Source of the DNA: Leucoraja ocellata
Taxonomy: Eukaryota
Assembly: GCA_036785375.1 (NCBI GenBank)
Contig: JAWMAR010000462.1
Span: 1,054,001 to 1,118,000 of the forward strand
Length of the DNA stretch: 64,000 nucleotides
Direction: 5' to 3'
The translations under genes were made by a program, and so were the position numbers. Below are positions 27,524 to 38,659 of the stretch, piece by piece. Numbering within the stretch: the stretch's first letter is position 1; each line of letters starts with the position of its first letter. The notes under the pieces are model-generated. The model made no database searches, was not told the origin of the DNA, and saw only the letters and a list, made by a program, of their open reading frames with translations.

Positions 27524-28358
27524 CTGAAAAAGAAAGCTTGAATAAGTATATTCAATAAACATCCTGTTTATCTTGAACTTCACTGGAATATCATTTCAAG
27601 ATTCACTTCCCAGATGGTCAAGCGATTAAAAAAATCATTTTAACATATGATTTCAGGGCCATCCTTTGATTGCATGACTTAAACTGTGTGTTTTACAAAC
27701 ATCTTATTTTGCCAAGCTTCTTATTTGACACCAGCGCCCCCTATAGAAGATGGTCTCAAACAGCCGCAGGAGCCTCTGATAATCATTACCTCCAGACACT
27801 GCTGTGATAGTTGCTTTCAACAACATTTTGAAATATGCCTCTTTCTCCAAGTTCTTACAGATAAATACAATATGACCTACAGAAATTTTTTTTGGCATTT
27901 TCTATTGAGCATTTGGGAAAAGTACACAACTCTTTTGCCCAACATGTTGATATACCACTTGAATAATACCAATGAAACATTTAAGACTTTCCTCAATTGA
28001 AAACATATTATAAATATATATTGCCAATTTTAAATCAAACCTTGCTTGCCCTCAAATTAGATGCTCAATGTTTCCTTGTTCAAATACTTGGTCACTACCA
28101 CAACAAGACAATCCCTTAGAGTTCAAGTCTTCATAACATGTAATCTTTTTGAAACACAAAAAAACCCATAGAGAGATGGGACTGAAGAAAGACCCAACCA
28201 TTCTCTAATCTGATGTGGATTGATCAATACCTTGCATAGCTTCCTTTCTCTTATTTTCCATGGCCAGACTAAAGCAGAGTACCTGTATGACTTCTTCTCT
28301 ATTTTATTTAAAGTGCTGCCATCTTCTGGGATCCTTTGGTTATATACCAATGTCCCTC

Positions 28359-29517
28359 TGTTCAAACTTATTCACTGGGGTTTATTGCAGTGAATAATTG
28401 ATGGGCAAATTACCCAATATTCTGTCCTCTGGATGAGAAGGTTTATGTAAAGCAGATGTTTGTAGCAGCAAGAGCATTGGGATTAAGAAACCACCCAGGT
28501 GAGTCGAGCTGGCCAGATGGCTGGATTGGCCAATGTGATGAATGTTGAGGGTTATGAAATTTAATTTCTGCACAATGTGTTGAGTACCGACTTATTCCAC
28601 AGGCACCAACTCGAGCATGTTACTTGCTGAAGAAATTACGATCGTAGAGTTTTAGTAATTAAGAGTTCTACAGTTTAAAGAGATGTGTGTCTATGTACAC
28701 AAATTATTTTCAGCTACAAAATTCATTCTGTCAACCACTTTCGTCCAGAAAGCAAATCAGCACATAAATATTAATAATAGACTTTCAATATAACTGCCGG
28801 GTAATTGATTATTTTGATCTCTCACGAGGTTACAGTGGAAATTGAAGCATCAGCTCAAGGGTATTAAACAAAAGACAATGTAAAATATAAATACCCTGAA
28901 ATCACTGCTTTCTAAATTGTCGGTATTAGGGAGGGACCGGTCTTGGTTCTAAGTGGAAGATGATCTTTTATCCAAACTTAATCCAGAAATGCTGTGTAAT
29001 GTGGAAACAGAAATGCGTGCCATCGGAAAATAAGGCAGATTTAATCATGGTATCTTTGGCTACAAAGGATGATATTGATAGTCACACGGAAAAACTGGAC
29101 TTGTTTTTTTCCTCGGAACGAGGAGAGATTGCATGTTTTGAGTGATTTTGATTGAACATACAAGGAGGAGTTATTTCTTTTGTCGTGTGGAATGGTAATC
29201 TAATACTTAAACCTAAGAAAGATGATTCTTGATCTTCAGAGAATTGTTAAGATGTTGGAAGCTTCACCAAAAATGACAGTAAAGTCAATTTCCAAAGAAC
29301 CTTAAAATGGGCATAACCCTCACCATTCATCACATTGACCAATTCAACCATCTAGCCAGCTCGACTCATTTATTAACCTGGGTGGTTTCTTAATCCAAAT
29401 GCTCTTGTTGCTACAAACATCAGCTTTACATAAACCTTCTCATCCAAAGGACAGATGATTGGGTAATTTTCCCTTCAATTATTCACTGCAATAAACCGCT
29501 GTGAATAAGTTTGAACA
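28359..29517. mobile_element. Unclassified element with about 200-bp terminal inverted repeats
   Basis: 28359-28556 is the reverse complement of 29312-29517, with about 15 mismatches and one 8-bp indel by hand alignment. Confidence 0.75.
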
Positions 29518-29642
29518 AAAAACAAATATTCAAGTATATGTAACTCACAGCATCTGACTGGAGAAACCCTCTCGTGTGCAAGTTGCAGTTTCAGTCAAAT
29601 GTTCAGTACACGATTCATGGTAGGGACCCTTTTTGAAGGGTG

Positions 29643-29968
29643 TTTAGTTTAGAGATACCACGCGGAAACAGGTACTTTGGCCCACCGAGTCCACACCGAT
29701 CGGCAATCCCAGCACATTAACACGATCCTACACACACACTAGGGACAATTTTACATTATACCAAGCAAATTAACCTACAAATCTGTATGTCTTTGGAGAG
29801 TGAGAGTACATCGAACCATCCCACCACCCGCAAGAGAGATCTCAGAGAAAACCCATGCAGGTCACGGGGAGAATGTTCAAACTCCATACAAATATGCTCC
29901 CGTAGTCAGGATTAAACCCGGGTCTCTAGTGCTGTAAGGCAGTAGCTCTACCGCTACCCCACCTTGCC
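29643..29968 (-). mobile_element. HE1/V-SINE-type tRNA-derived SINE, near full length
   Basis: tRNA-like head on the minus strand (GGTAGAGCTACTGCCTTACAGC...ACCCGGGTTTAATCC), central TGCATGGGTTTTCTC domain, and CR1-like tail ending (CTAAA)n. Confidence 0.8.
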
Positions 29969-30344
29969 ATTTAACTAGACTCTACTTCACAAATTGATTT
30001 TATTTGCTGTTAAATTAATTGCTTACATTTAAATTGACCCTACATCAGTTGTTTTTTTTGCTCCAAATTATTGCCTGACATACAAGTTAGCAGTGGCACA
30101 CTGATGCTAATGGACACTATGACAAAGACAAGACTTGTGTTCCTTCCTGGGCTACACTCTACGGTGTATTTAACATAACGCCACAAAAGCATGACGAAAG
30201 GATCATATTATGAGATGGTGGAGACCAAAGAAAATACTTCCAGCCACCATTCTTTGGAAAAGTTTCATGCAAGTGAGCAAACTTGAACAAACAACATCAG
30301 AACTTTTTCAAATCTGAGGTGAAATGCGATAACTGGATTTTTAC

Positions 30345-30468
30345 CTCCTTGTGAAACGAAATGGCATCGTTGTAGTTTCCTAAAAGATAATGTGTGTTGC
30401 CAAGATTACCATAGGCTCGGCCTTGAGCTGCTCGATCACCTAATTCTTTGACAATTTTAAGATTCATC
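30345..30468 (-). CDS. GPSM1: GPSM1 exon 5, 124 bp
   Basis: Encodes MNLKIVKELGDRAAQGRAYGNLGNTHYLLGNYNDAISFHKE. tttAG acceptor, GTAA donor, phase 2 to 0. Confidence 0.95.
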
Positions 30469-30549
30469 CTAAATGAGACAAAGAAAGAAAAATATTATAA
30501 ACATTGAAAACCCAGACAATCCTTTATATTCAACATAACCACAAAATGA

Positions 30550-30663
30550 GGGTTTCGGCCCGAAACAGAATCTGAAGAAGGGTTTCGGCCCGAAACGTTG
30601 CCTATTTATTTGGCTCCATAGATGCTGCTGCACCCGCTGAGTTTCTCCAACACTTTTGACTAC
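30550..30663 (+). mobile_element. 114-bp PLE-derived short element with duplicated hammerhead half and 11-bp TSD
   Basis: CCACAAAATGA at 30539-30549 and 30664-30674. GGGTTTCGGCCCGAAAC occurs twice in tandem. Confidence 0.8.
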
Positions 30664-31845
30664 CCACAAAATGATATTCATTGTAGAAATAGACTTACTT
30701 TGGACTCAAGAACTCCAATAGTTTCTAACTATTGTCTAAATCTAGATACGTTATACTTTTAGAAACGCTTTCAGATACACTTGTTTTGTTTTATAATGAA
30801 TAGCTTGTATGTTCATGACCAGTGTTACACAAATTCCACATCAGCAAAGAGAGTTTAATTCAAATTAATAGTTCAAACTAAGTTTGATTAAGTGGTTGTA
30901 AGTCTTTAAGAATTAGCTTTGAACTCTTTTCATGAACAGCTGTTTGGTGAAGAACAACATTGATCCTAATGCCGCATTTTCTCCAGATACTTGGTGAATG
31001 TAAGCCTAAGTTCATCATTGTAGACTTTGGAACAAGATGGCTACTGAAGTGATTTGCTCGATGAATCAATCATTGATAGTGGTGGTCCAGTTTGTCATCC
31101 AAGATAATTTGCAATCTGCCCTCTGATGCAGGAACGGGAAAACAAAAGATGGGAAGGCAGGAAGTGAATTTTTTAAATGACACCAAAGAAATCAAGGGAA
31201 GTTAGGACATACACCATTAAAACAGCCATGATCTTATTGAATGGCCGACTCCTGATTCTATTTCTTAAAAGATACAAACTTGAAACGGGAAAGTAGGGAA
31301 TATAAGCAAGTAGGAGATGGATGAAAGAAAAGGAAAAATATAAAGAAAATGAAGCAAAGAACTAGAAATTAGACCTTAATGAATAATTAATACAATGAAA
31401 AAACAATTATATGAAGCAATATTCTTGACTTCCACTTCTCTTTGTAAAACTATATTGGTATAATTTACAAAAAAGGATACACTTTCAACCATCTGGTCTT
31501 TGATGCAAATATCCTCGAATCAGATCTTTAAAATTTTTACAATGAGTTCTCTGTTCTAAAGTCCCATTCTTCCTTTCATAACCTGTCTCCTTTGAATATG
31601 CAAAATCTATATTGCCATTAATGGCATAAGGCTAACCTCATAACTGTGAGAGTTCACTTTTGATGACAAGGGACTACAGTGGTATTGAAGGCAGCAAGAT
31701 CCATGTTAATTTTTCACTGAAAGCCAGGAGCAGCCTTGGACGCACTACACAAGGCATCCGTGAGACAAGAAGAATTCAGCAAAGACAAAAATAATCAAGT
31801 CATAATGAGTTCTCATTTATGAATTCACCATAAGTGTCAGCTGAT

Positions 31846-32292
31846 CTACATCGGTGAGACCAAGCGTAGGCTTGGCAATCGCTTCGCCCAACACCTCCGC
31901 TCGGTTCGCAATAACCAACTTGATCTCCCGGTGGCTCAGCACTTCAACTCCCCCTCTCATTCCGAATCAGACCTTTCTATCCTTGGCCTCCTCCATGGCC
32001 AGAGTGAGGCCCACCGTAAATTAGAGGAGCAGCACCTTATATTTTATTCTGGTAGTTTACACCCCAGCGGTATGAACATTGACTTCTCCAATTTCAGGTA
32101 GTCCCTGCTTTCTGCCTCTTTCCCCATCCCTTCCCAGGTCTCCCACAGCCCACTGTCTCCGCCTCTTCCTTTCTTCTTCCCGCCCCCCTCCACCCCCACA
32201 TCAGTCTGAAGAAGGGTCTCGACCCGAAACGTCGCCTATTCCCTTCGCTCCATAGATGCTGCCTCACCCGCTGAATTTCTCCAGCATTGTCT
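31846..32292 (+). mobile_element. Penelope-like element 3' end (GIY-YIG C-terminus, 3' repeat, hammerhead motif)
   Basis: Open YIGETKRRLGNRFAQHLRSVRNNQLDLPVAQHFNSPSHSESDLSILGLLHGQSEAHRKLEEQHLIF...GMNIDFSNFR*. CTGAAGAAGGGTCTCGACCCGAAACGTC at 32206-32233. Confidence 0.9.
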
Positions 32293-33545
32293 GCCGTGCA
32301 TTATTTGAAGTGACTTTGAAAGATTGAGACAATAATGAGCAAGGTGAACTCCACAATTCTGTGACAAATGGCTTGGACTATGTGGGCTGAAGGGCGTGTT
32401 TCTGTGCTCTACAGGTATATGACTTCTCAGAATCGCCTCAAATTGGTATTGGAATTCAATATCCATCATTCTCACCAGGGAAACATAAAATAAAGGAGAC
32501 TTGATCTCACTACTAATAATTGATGGGTCATATATTTTGCAAATGCTGAAATTTTGTTGCACTTGTTTAGAAACTACAGGAAACGCTGGACAAACAAATG
32601 ACAAACAAAAGTTTTATTGGTGGGGTTAGTGAAAGGGGACAAAAAATATATATGTGTGGTGTATAAATACAGACCAACAGTTGGGTCAAATGGCCAGTTT
32701 CTCTACAAAAACTATTATATGGAAGTATATCAATCAACTTCTCAAATGCTGCAGAATTTAAAATTGACAACAATATCATCCAGCAGACAGAATGGTGATT
32801 TTTCTTTTCAATATGTATATAGTAAAATTTGAAGTTCAGATATATGTATTCCTAAGTATTTCTTGTGTTAAATGAATCGGTTCTTGAAGCAGCAGTTCAA
32901 AGAATTGTTTTCTCCTTCACTCAAAAAGATGGCTCAGTCCCTTGTATTGTAGGAGCTACTGAATTCCACGACAAAGCAAAGAACAAATGACACTTAGCTG
33001 AGCCACTCACCTTGCGACACGTTTATTCCATAAGCCCCTTTTACCTACATTCTCACCAACCATAACCCGTTTGCAGATAAGGCCAATTAGTGCTCCTGAT
33101 ATTGAGCTCTTGTGGCTGGACCTTCCTGTGAGGCTGCAGCCGAGCCGCCAGCTGTGACAGGCTGTATGCAAAACCAACATGGCCGTGAAGGCACTACAGT
33201 GTCCTTTCGTCTTCTAAACTTGTGTCAACTTTGATAGGCTGAGAAATAAATCTTCCCATAGTTCATGCCCATATTCATTGGCCAGGCTGGAACAATCCAT
33301 TGGTCTTACATTCCCTCATCTTTGGGAAACTTTAGGACTGCAACTGTCATCCATTTTTAAACAGGTAGAAGACAATGAATGCAAGTAAATACTGGAAATT
33401 AAGTTGGGAGCAGTGAAAGAGAAAAAGGAAATGCTTTCAAATTATGCCCTTCATAACCTTGGGACAACCCACTGCACCTCCTTTTTAAAGTAAATGATTC
33501 TGAAGTGTAGTTGCCCAAACAACTATCGATATAACCATTTTTCTA

Positions 33546-33610
33546 AAATGTGGTACGTTATTAAATGTGGTACGTTATTAAATGTGGAACGTTATTAAAT
33601 GTGGAACGTT
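33546..33610. repeat. 17-bp minisatellite, about 3.8 copies
   Basis: (AAATGTGG[T/A]ACGTTATT)n. Confidence 0.9.
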
Positions 33611-34149
33611 TAAAGCCTAAAACCTGATTGTTTCCTTGCATTATCCATGGAAATAATGATTCGAATTCCCATGGCATTTTTAAACAGACTGAAACCTCCC
33701 AATAAAACTTGACACCATGATTCTGAAAGAGATATTCAGACAGCTGGCCAAAAAATATGGCAAAAGGGTATGATTTAAGAGAAAGAGAAGGAGAGGGGAG
33801 AATTTCTGAACTCACTGCCCTGCCAGATGAAGGCACTGCCAATGGTGAAGCAATTCAAATCAGGGATGCAGACGAGCACGAGATTGAAAAAGGTTATACA
33901 GCCATTAAGAAGTGAAATAGGACAAGGTTGTGTCTTGACAAGGGATTGAAAACTTGATTTTTTAAAGTGAATTTTAAAATCACGTAATTACTGGATAGAG
34001 ATGGGTATGGCTCGGTAAACACAGGACTGATGAGCAAACAGAACTTGGCACAAGTTTGGATATTGAAAAATGGATTGCAGTCAACTAAACTGGTGGATCT
34101 CAATTAATAAGTGAAAACCTTTTTAGTGGTGTGCTATCCAGTCTGGGGA

Positions 34150-34612
34150 AAGACTATACATGATTACAATCAAGCCGTTCACAGAGTGAAGGTAAAGGGA
34201 ATAACGTTTATTGCAAGATAGAGTCCAGTAAAGTCTCAATAAAGATAGTCTGAGTGTCTCCACTGAGGTGGATGATAAGTCACAATTCCTCTCTAGCTGG
34301 TGATAAGATGGTTCAGTTGCCTGATAACAGCTGGGCAGAAACTGTCCCCAAATCTGGAGGTATGCGTTTTCACACTTCTGTAGCTCTTGCCTGATGGGAG
34401 AGGGGAGAAGAAGGAGAAGAAGGGCGATACTTGTTCTTCATTATGTCGGTGGCATTGCAGAGACAGCGAAAAGTGTAGACAGAATCAATGGAAGGGAATA
34501 TGGTTTGTATGATGGTCTGGGCTGCATCCACAGATCTCTGCAATTTCTTGTGCTCTTGGATTGAGCTGTTCCCAAACCATGCTGTGATGCATCCTGATAA
34601 AGTGCTTTCATG
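34150..34612 (-). mobile_element. Rex1/Babar-clade LINE 3' fragment
   Basis: ESTLSGCITAWFGNSSIQEHKKLQRSVDAAQTII...FPSIDSVYTFRC. Confidence 0.8.
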
Positions 34613-35105
34613 TATATTTTTATTCATGTATGTGTTTCATTTTTAATGTATATCTTTCACCAAGTTGCTCATGAAAACATTTGAGTTAAAATTCCAAGCA
34701 TTCAGGGAATGGTGTAAGTGAGAGTGTCGGAGATAGATTTCAGGCTCATGTGACGTGGTGACATGGTGATGTTGCCAGGTACATCCTGGTTTGCTTTTTT
34801 GGACGTCCAAAATCAAGTCCTGATTTGCATGAATTTAGAAACTGCAGGGACTCAGTTCATTGAAATGCAGATACACAGTTACTGTGCAATGATGTCTGAA
34901 ATGAATGCATTTATTGTGTTCCTAATGTACTCCAAATATTTCAACAAATACAAAGCACAAACACAAGATTTTCAAATTGTGGAGGAGTGCTGTCTAAGCA
35001 CTGTACATTCATCATGGATAGTCAGAACACATTTTGGACAACAGTCTCAATTACTACCAATTCCTCTCAAGAGCTTAATTTGTAGGCAGATGCTGTATTA
35101 CTCAC

Positions 35106-35248
35106 TCATAGTGCTCAGTGGCCTTCTCTAAAGTTTCCTTCACTTCACTCGGCAAGTCTCCGGACTCCTGGGCAGTGAGCCAGGACAGCTGCTTCCCTTT
35201 GGCATGAAAAACATTGCCAATGTTGTATTGTGCTCGTGCTTCACTGAC
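35106..35248 (-). CDS. GPSM1: GPSM1 exon 4, 143 bp
   Basis: Encodes VSEARAQYNIGNVFHAKGKQLSWLTAQESGDLPSEVKETLEKATEHY(E). KGKQLSW is GPSM1-type. cccAG acceptor, GTGAG donor, phase 0 to 2. Confidence 0.95.
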
Positions 35249-36064
35249 CTGGGCAAGGGAGAGTAAGAGAGATACTATTAGTAATCAACCATTGCTTTGA
35301 AAAATTATGGAAAACAAACATTTTCAGAAGGAAGAAACAATATTCTCAGCATTCAGTTAAGATTAAGTGTGGGACAGCAGGAAAATAAAATATTTTAACA
35401 TTACACATTGGGCAACTTATTTCCCATTTTATTGTAGAACTACTTTCAATGAGGAGAGTCACAGGAGATTCAATGGGTGCCCTCAAAAAATTAGGACAAT
35501 AAATGTGCCATCTATGGAGAGAAAAAAACCCAGGATTAATCTTAACATGTTGGGTCTGTCTCTTTTCTATTAAGTTTGAGAATTAAAGCTAATGATACGA
35601 CAAAGGTTTCAAGTGAATAGAGGAACAGAGAGGAGGGGAGAGGAAAGAATGAAAAGGGAATATCTGCGATAGGGTGAATGCCAGGAGGGTTTGGCTGTCA
35701 AAACAACGGCAATACAGACAACGTTGGTTAATAGGACAAGTAACAAAACAAGAATTGAGCAGAGTTGCAAATGGCTGTTTGTTGAACGTAATCATGAAAA
35801 CTGAAAAATTTCATAGACCTGAAACACAAACTTTTCTTCTCTCTCACAAGATGCTGCCTGACCCATTTCCAGCATTTTCAGTTTATATTTTAAATTTAAA
35901 TTTATAAAATGTTGCAATTTGTAACATGGAGAGACCCATTAGGGCAGCGAATACTTGGATGATTATAATGCAATTATAATTTTTTTCCACAATTAAATAT
36001 TGCTTTTGCACAATGCTCCCGGCATCATCAGTCATTCCTTGAACTTATCACAATGTAATCATCA

Positions 36065-36696
36065 ATCAAGTAGAGTGCTGACACGGACAGAAAATTGGTT
36101 GGCAGACAGGAAACGAAGAATAGGGAATAACGGGTCCCTTCCAGAATGGCAGGCAGTGACTAGCGGGGTACCGCAAGGCTCGGTGCTGGGACCGCAGCTA
36201 TTTACAATATATATTAATGATTTTGATGAAGGGATTACAAGTAACATTAGCAAATTTGCAGATAACACAAAGCTGGGTGGCAGTGTGAACTGTGAAGAGG
36301 ATGCTTATGAGGATGCAGGGTAACTTGGACTGGTTGGGTGAGTGGACAGATGCATGGCAGATGCAGTTTAATGTGGATAAGTGTGAGGTTATCCACTGGT
36401 GGCAAAAACAGGAAGGCAGATTATTAACTAAATGGTGTCAAGTTGGGAAAAGGGGAAGTACAACGGGATCTGGGGGTCCTTGTTAATCAGTCAATGAAAG
36501 TAAACTTGTTGGTACAGCAGGCAGTGAAGAAAGTGAATGGCATGTTAGCCTTCATAACAAGAAGAGTTGAATTTAGGAGCAAAGAGGTCCTTCTGCAGTT
36601 GTCAGGGCCCTAGTGAGACCACACCTGGAGTATTGTGTGCAGTTTTGGTCTCCAAATTTGAGGAAGGACATTCTTGCTATTGAGGGAGTGCAGCGT
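36065..36696 (+). mobile_element. CR1 LINE RT fragment, abruptly truncated at the 3' end
   Basis: WQAVTSGVPQGSVLGPQLFTIYIND...ISKFADNTKLGG, and [27 protein letters not shown]. Confidence 0.92.
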
Positions 36697-37794
36697 GAAC
36701 TTCGCGACTTGGTCCGTACGAAAGGTAAACAAGGGACAGTGTGTTGCCAAATTGAAGATAGGCTCAGTTTCTTAGTTTTGATGACCAATTTATGTACCAA
36801 TTTTTTTTTTTTTTTTAATTGATTTTAAAAAGTCGGAAAATATATAGTAAACGGTGGTTGCGCTTTAGACACCACGATGTTTTTGATATATTAAATTGGA
36901 AAATAAGAAAAAATAATTAACTCGTCCAAAAATCGCTAGTACCATAGGATACCTCATTGGGTTTTTGAAGAGCATTAGAGGTTTGGAGCCTCCGTGTTTT
37001 AATTTACGGAGGTACCGACCCCGATAACGGTCGTTGAGACAATGGACACCAAAGCACAACGTCCGTTACGGGATCTTTACTGTACGGTATTTTGTTACTG
37101 TATTTTTCCCTAGATATTTCCCTAGATCATTATCAAAACGTATATGTATGAGGGGCCATATGAAGTTTATTTATGAATTAAATATTCATGACTATGTCAC
37201 ATTTTTGTTGTTCAAATTGGTGGTAAAACGATGAAAATTTGTCAGTCGTGAAAAATGTTTTTGGCTTTCGGTCTTGAAGTTATCTAATTTATATCTGTTA
37301 TTTATAAGGTGGGTAGATTTTTTTTTGGATTTTTTTTAAACAGTGTATTGGTGTAAAAAACGGAATAATAATCTTGTTCCTCAAAATCTCTCCAGTATTG
37401 TAAAAAGACACATATGCAATACCACATAATCAGCCACTTTCTAATTGAGAACGGCTTCAGTGATTGAAGTGCTTGTTCTAGTTCTCCACAGTATTCATAT
37501 TGCATGGGGATGTTTTATGCAACAGGCTTACATGAACAGGTAACATAGGACATAACTAAACACCTTCTGCGTGCAAATATTAACTTTGCAATCAAGGAAG
37601 AAACAACTTAGGCCAAGATTCAGTTTTATTTTTGGGAACACCAATAATTCAGGACAATGAAATGAAGTGGATGTGACAGGGCAATGGTAACATGCAACTC
37701 CCTGCCTCAATTAAACAAATATCATCGATGACCATCTTGGAAATTAAATTGGTCAGCACATAAATCAAATGGTCAACCTGGAAAAGAAGATTAC

Positions 37795-37930
37795 CTTATC
37801 CTTCTGTTCTATCGAGATGTCCAAGTGCCTCTGACAACAAGCAATTGCTTCATCAAAGTTGCCAAGTATCTTCAATGTATTTCCAAGATTACCACTAGCT
37901 TTTGCCTCACCAATCCGATCCCCAATGGTC
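37795..37930 (-). CDS. GPSM1: GPSM1 exon 3, 136 bp
   Basis: Encodes TIGDRIGEAKASGNLGNTLKILGNFDEAIACCQRHLDISIEQKDK. AG/GT flanks, phase 2 to 0. Confidence 0.95.
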
Positions 37931-38437
37931 CTTTTAGAAAGACAGATCAATTAGTCAATGCTGTGTTACTGGAACTCAAACTATTTGAATATTTTTGTGT
38001 AAGATGCCATTTATTCCTACTCAGGGCAAAGATCTACCAGATGAAGGTTCACAACACTTTTAACAAAGGCATGGTGCCATGAAATGGCACCTTAAAATAG
38101 GCATCCAAAGCTTCCCATGAATCTACAGCAAATCACAGTTACTTCAAGCATTCCTTAATTGATTAAAAAAAAATGTTTTATAAGGTTTGGAACTATTCAG
38201 TTTAATGGAGAGATCTTATCGCAATATCCTTAGCAGCAGAGAAATTACACTCGCCTCCGAATAGAAAAGTACAATTGAGAAGCTGACCAATTGGTCTATC
38301 GTATCTGCATCGTCTCTTTCCAAGAGCAATCCATTTAGCCCACCTGAATCTTGAGTAACCAAGCAGGTTGGGGAAAGGGCTCCCTGCACCTCAGATTGTT
38401 TATAACATTCTGCTCGAGCCAGATTCACCAAACTCAC

Positions 38438-38659
38438 CTGGCCAGGGTTAGATCATGCTTGTGGTACTCCAGAGCCTTGGAATATTCCTTCAAGTAAAAG
38501 TAGGCATTGCCCAGCTGACTGTAGATGGCGCTCAAAGTCTTCAGGTCCTCTGTCCCAACCTGCACAGCAGCTTCAAAGAAGGCCACTCCAGCCTTGAAAT
38601 CTCCAGTTTTGCACAGCCGTTCCCCTTCGAGGGCAAGCTCAAGGCACGAAGCCTCCATT
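38438..38659 (-). CDS. GPSM1: GPSM1 exon 2 (TPR region), 222 bp
   Basis: Encodes MEASCLELALEGERLCKTGDFKAGVAFFEAAVQVGTEDLKTLSAIYSQLGNAYFYLKEYSKALEYHKHDLTLA(R). Acceptor ttcaacAG, donor GTGAGT. GDFK, VAFF, YLKE and HKHDL fit GPSM1 rather than GPSM2. Confidence 0.96.

Noticed and set aside
33546-33610. CRISPR-like repeat array
   Set aside because: Contiguous 17-mers without spacers in a vertebrate intron, so a simple minisatellite.
10395-38659. Calling the gene GPSM2 (LGN)
   Set aside because: Diagnostic residues (GDFK, YLKE, HKHDL, KGKQLSW, YEAQG) fit GPSM1.
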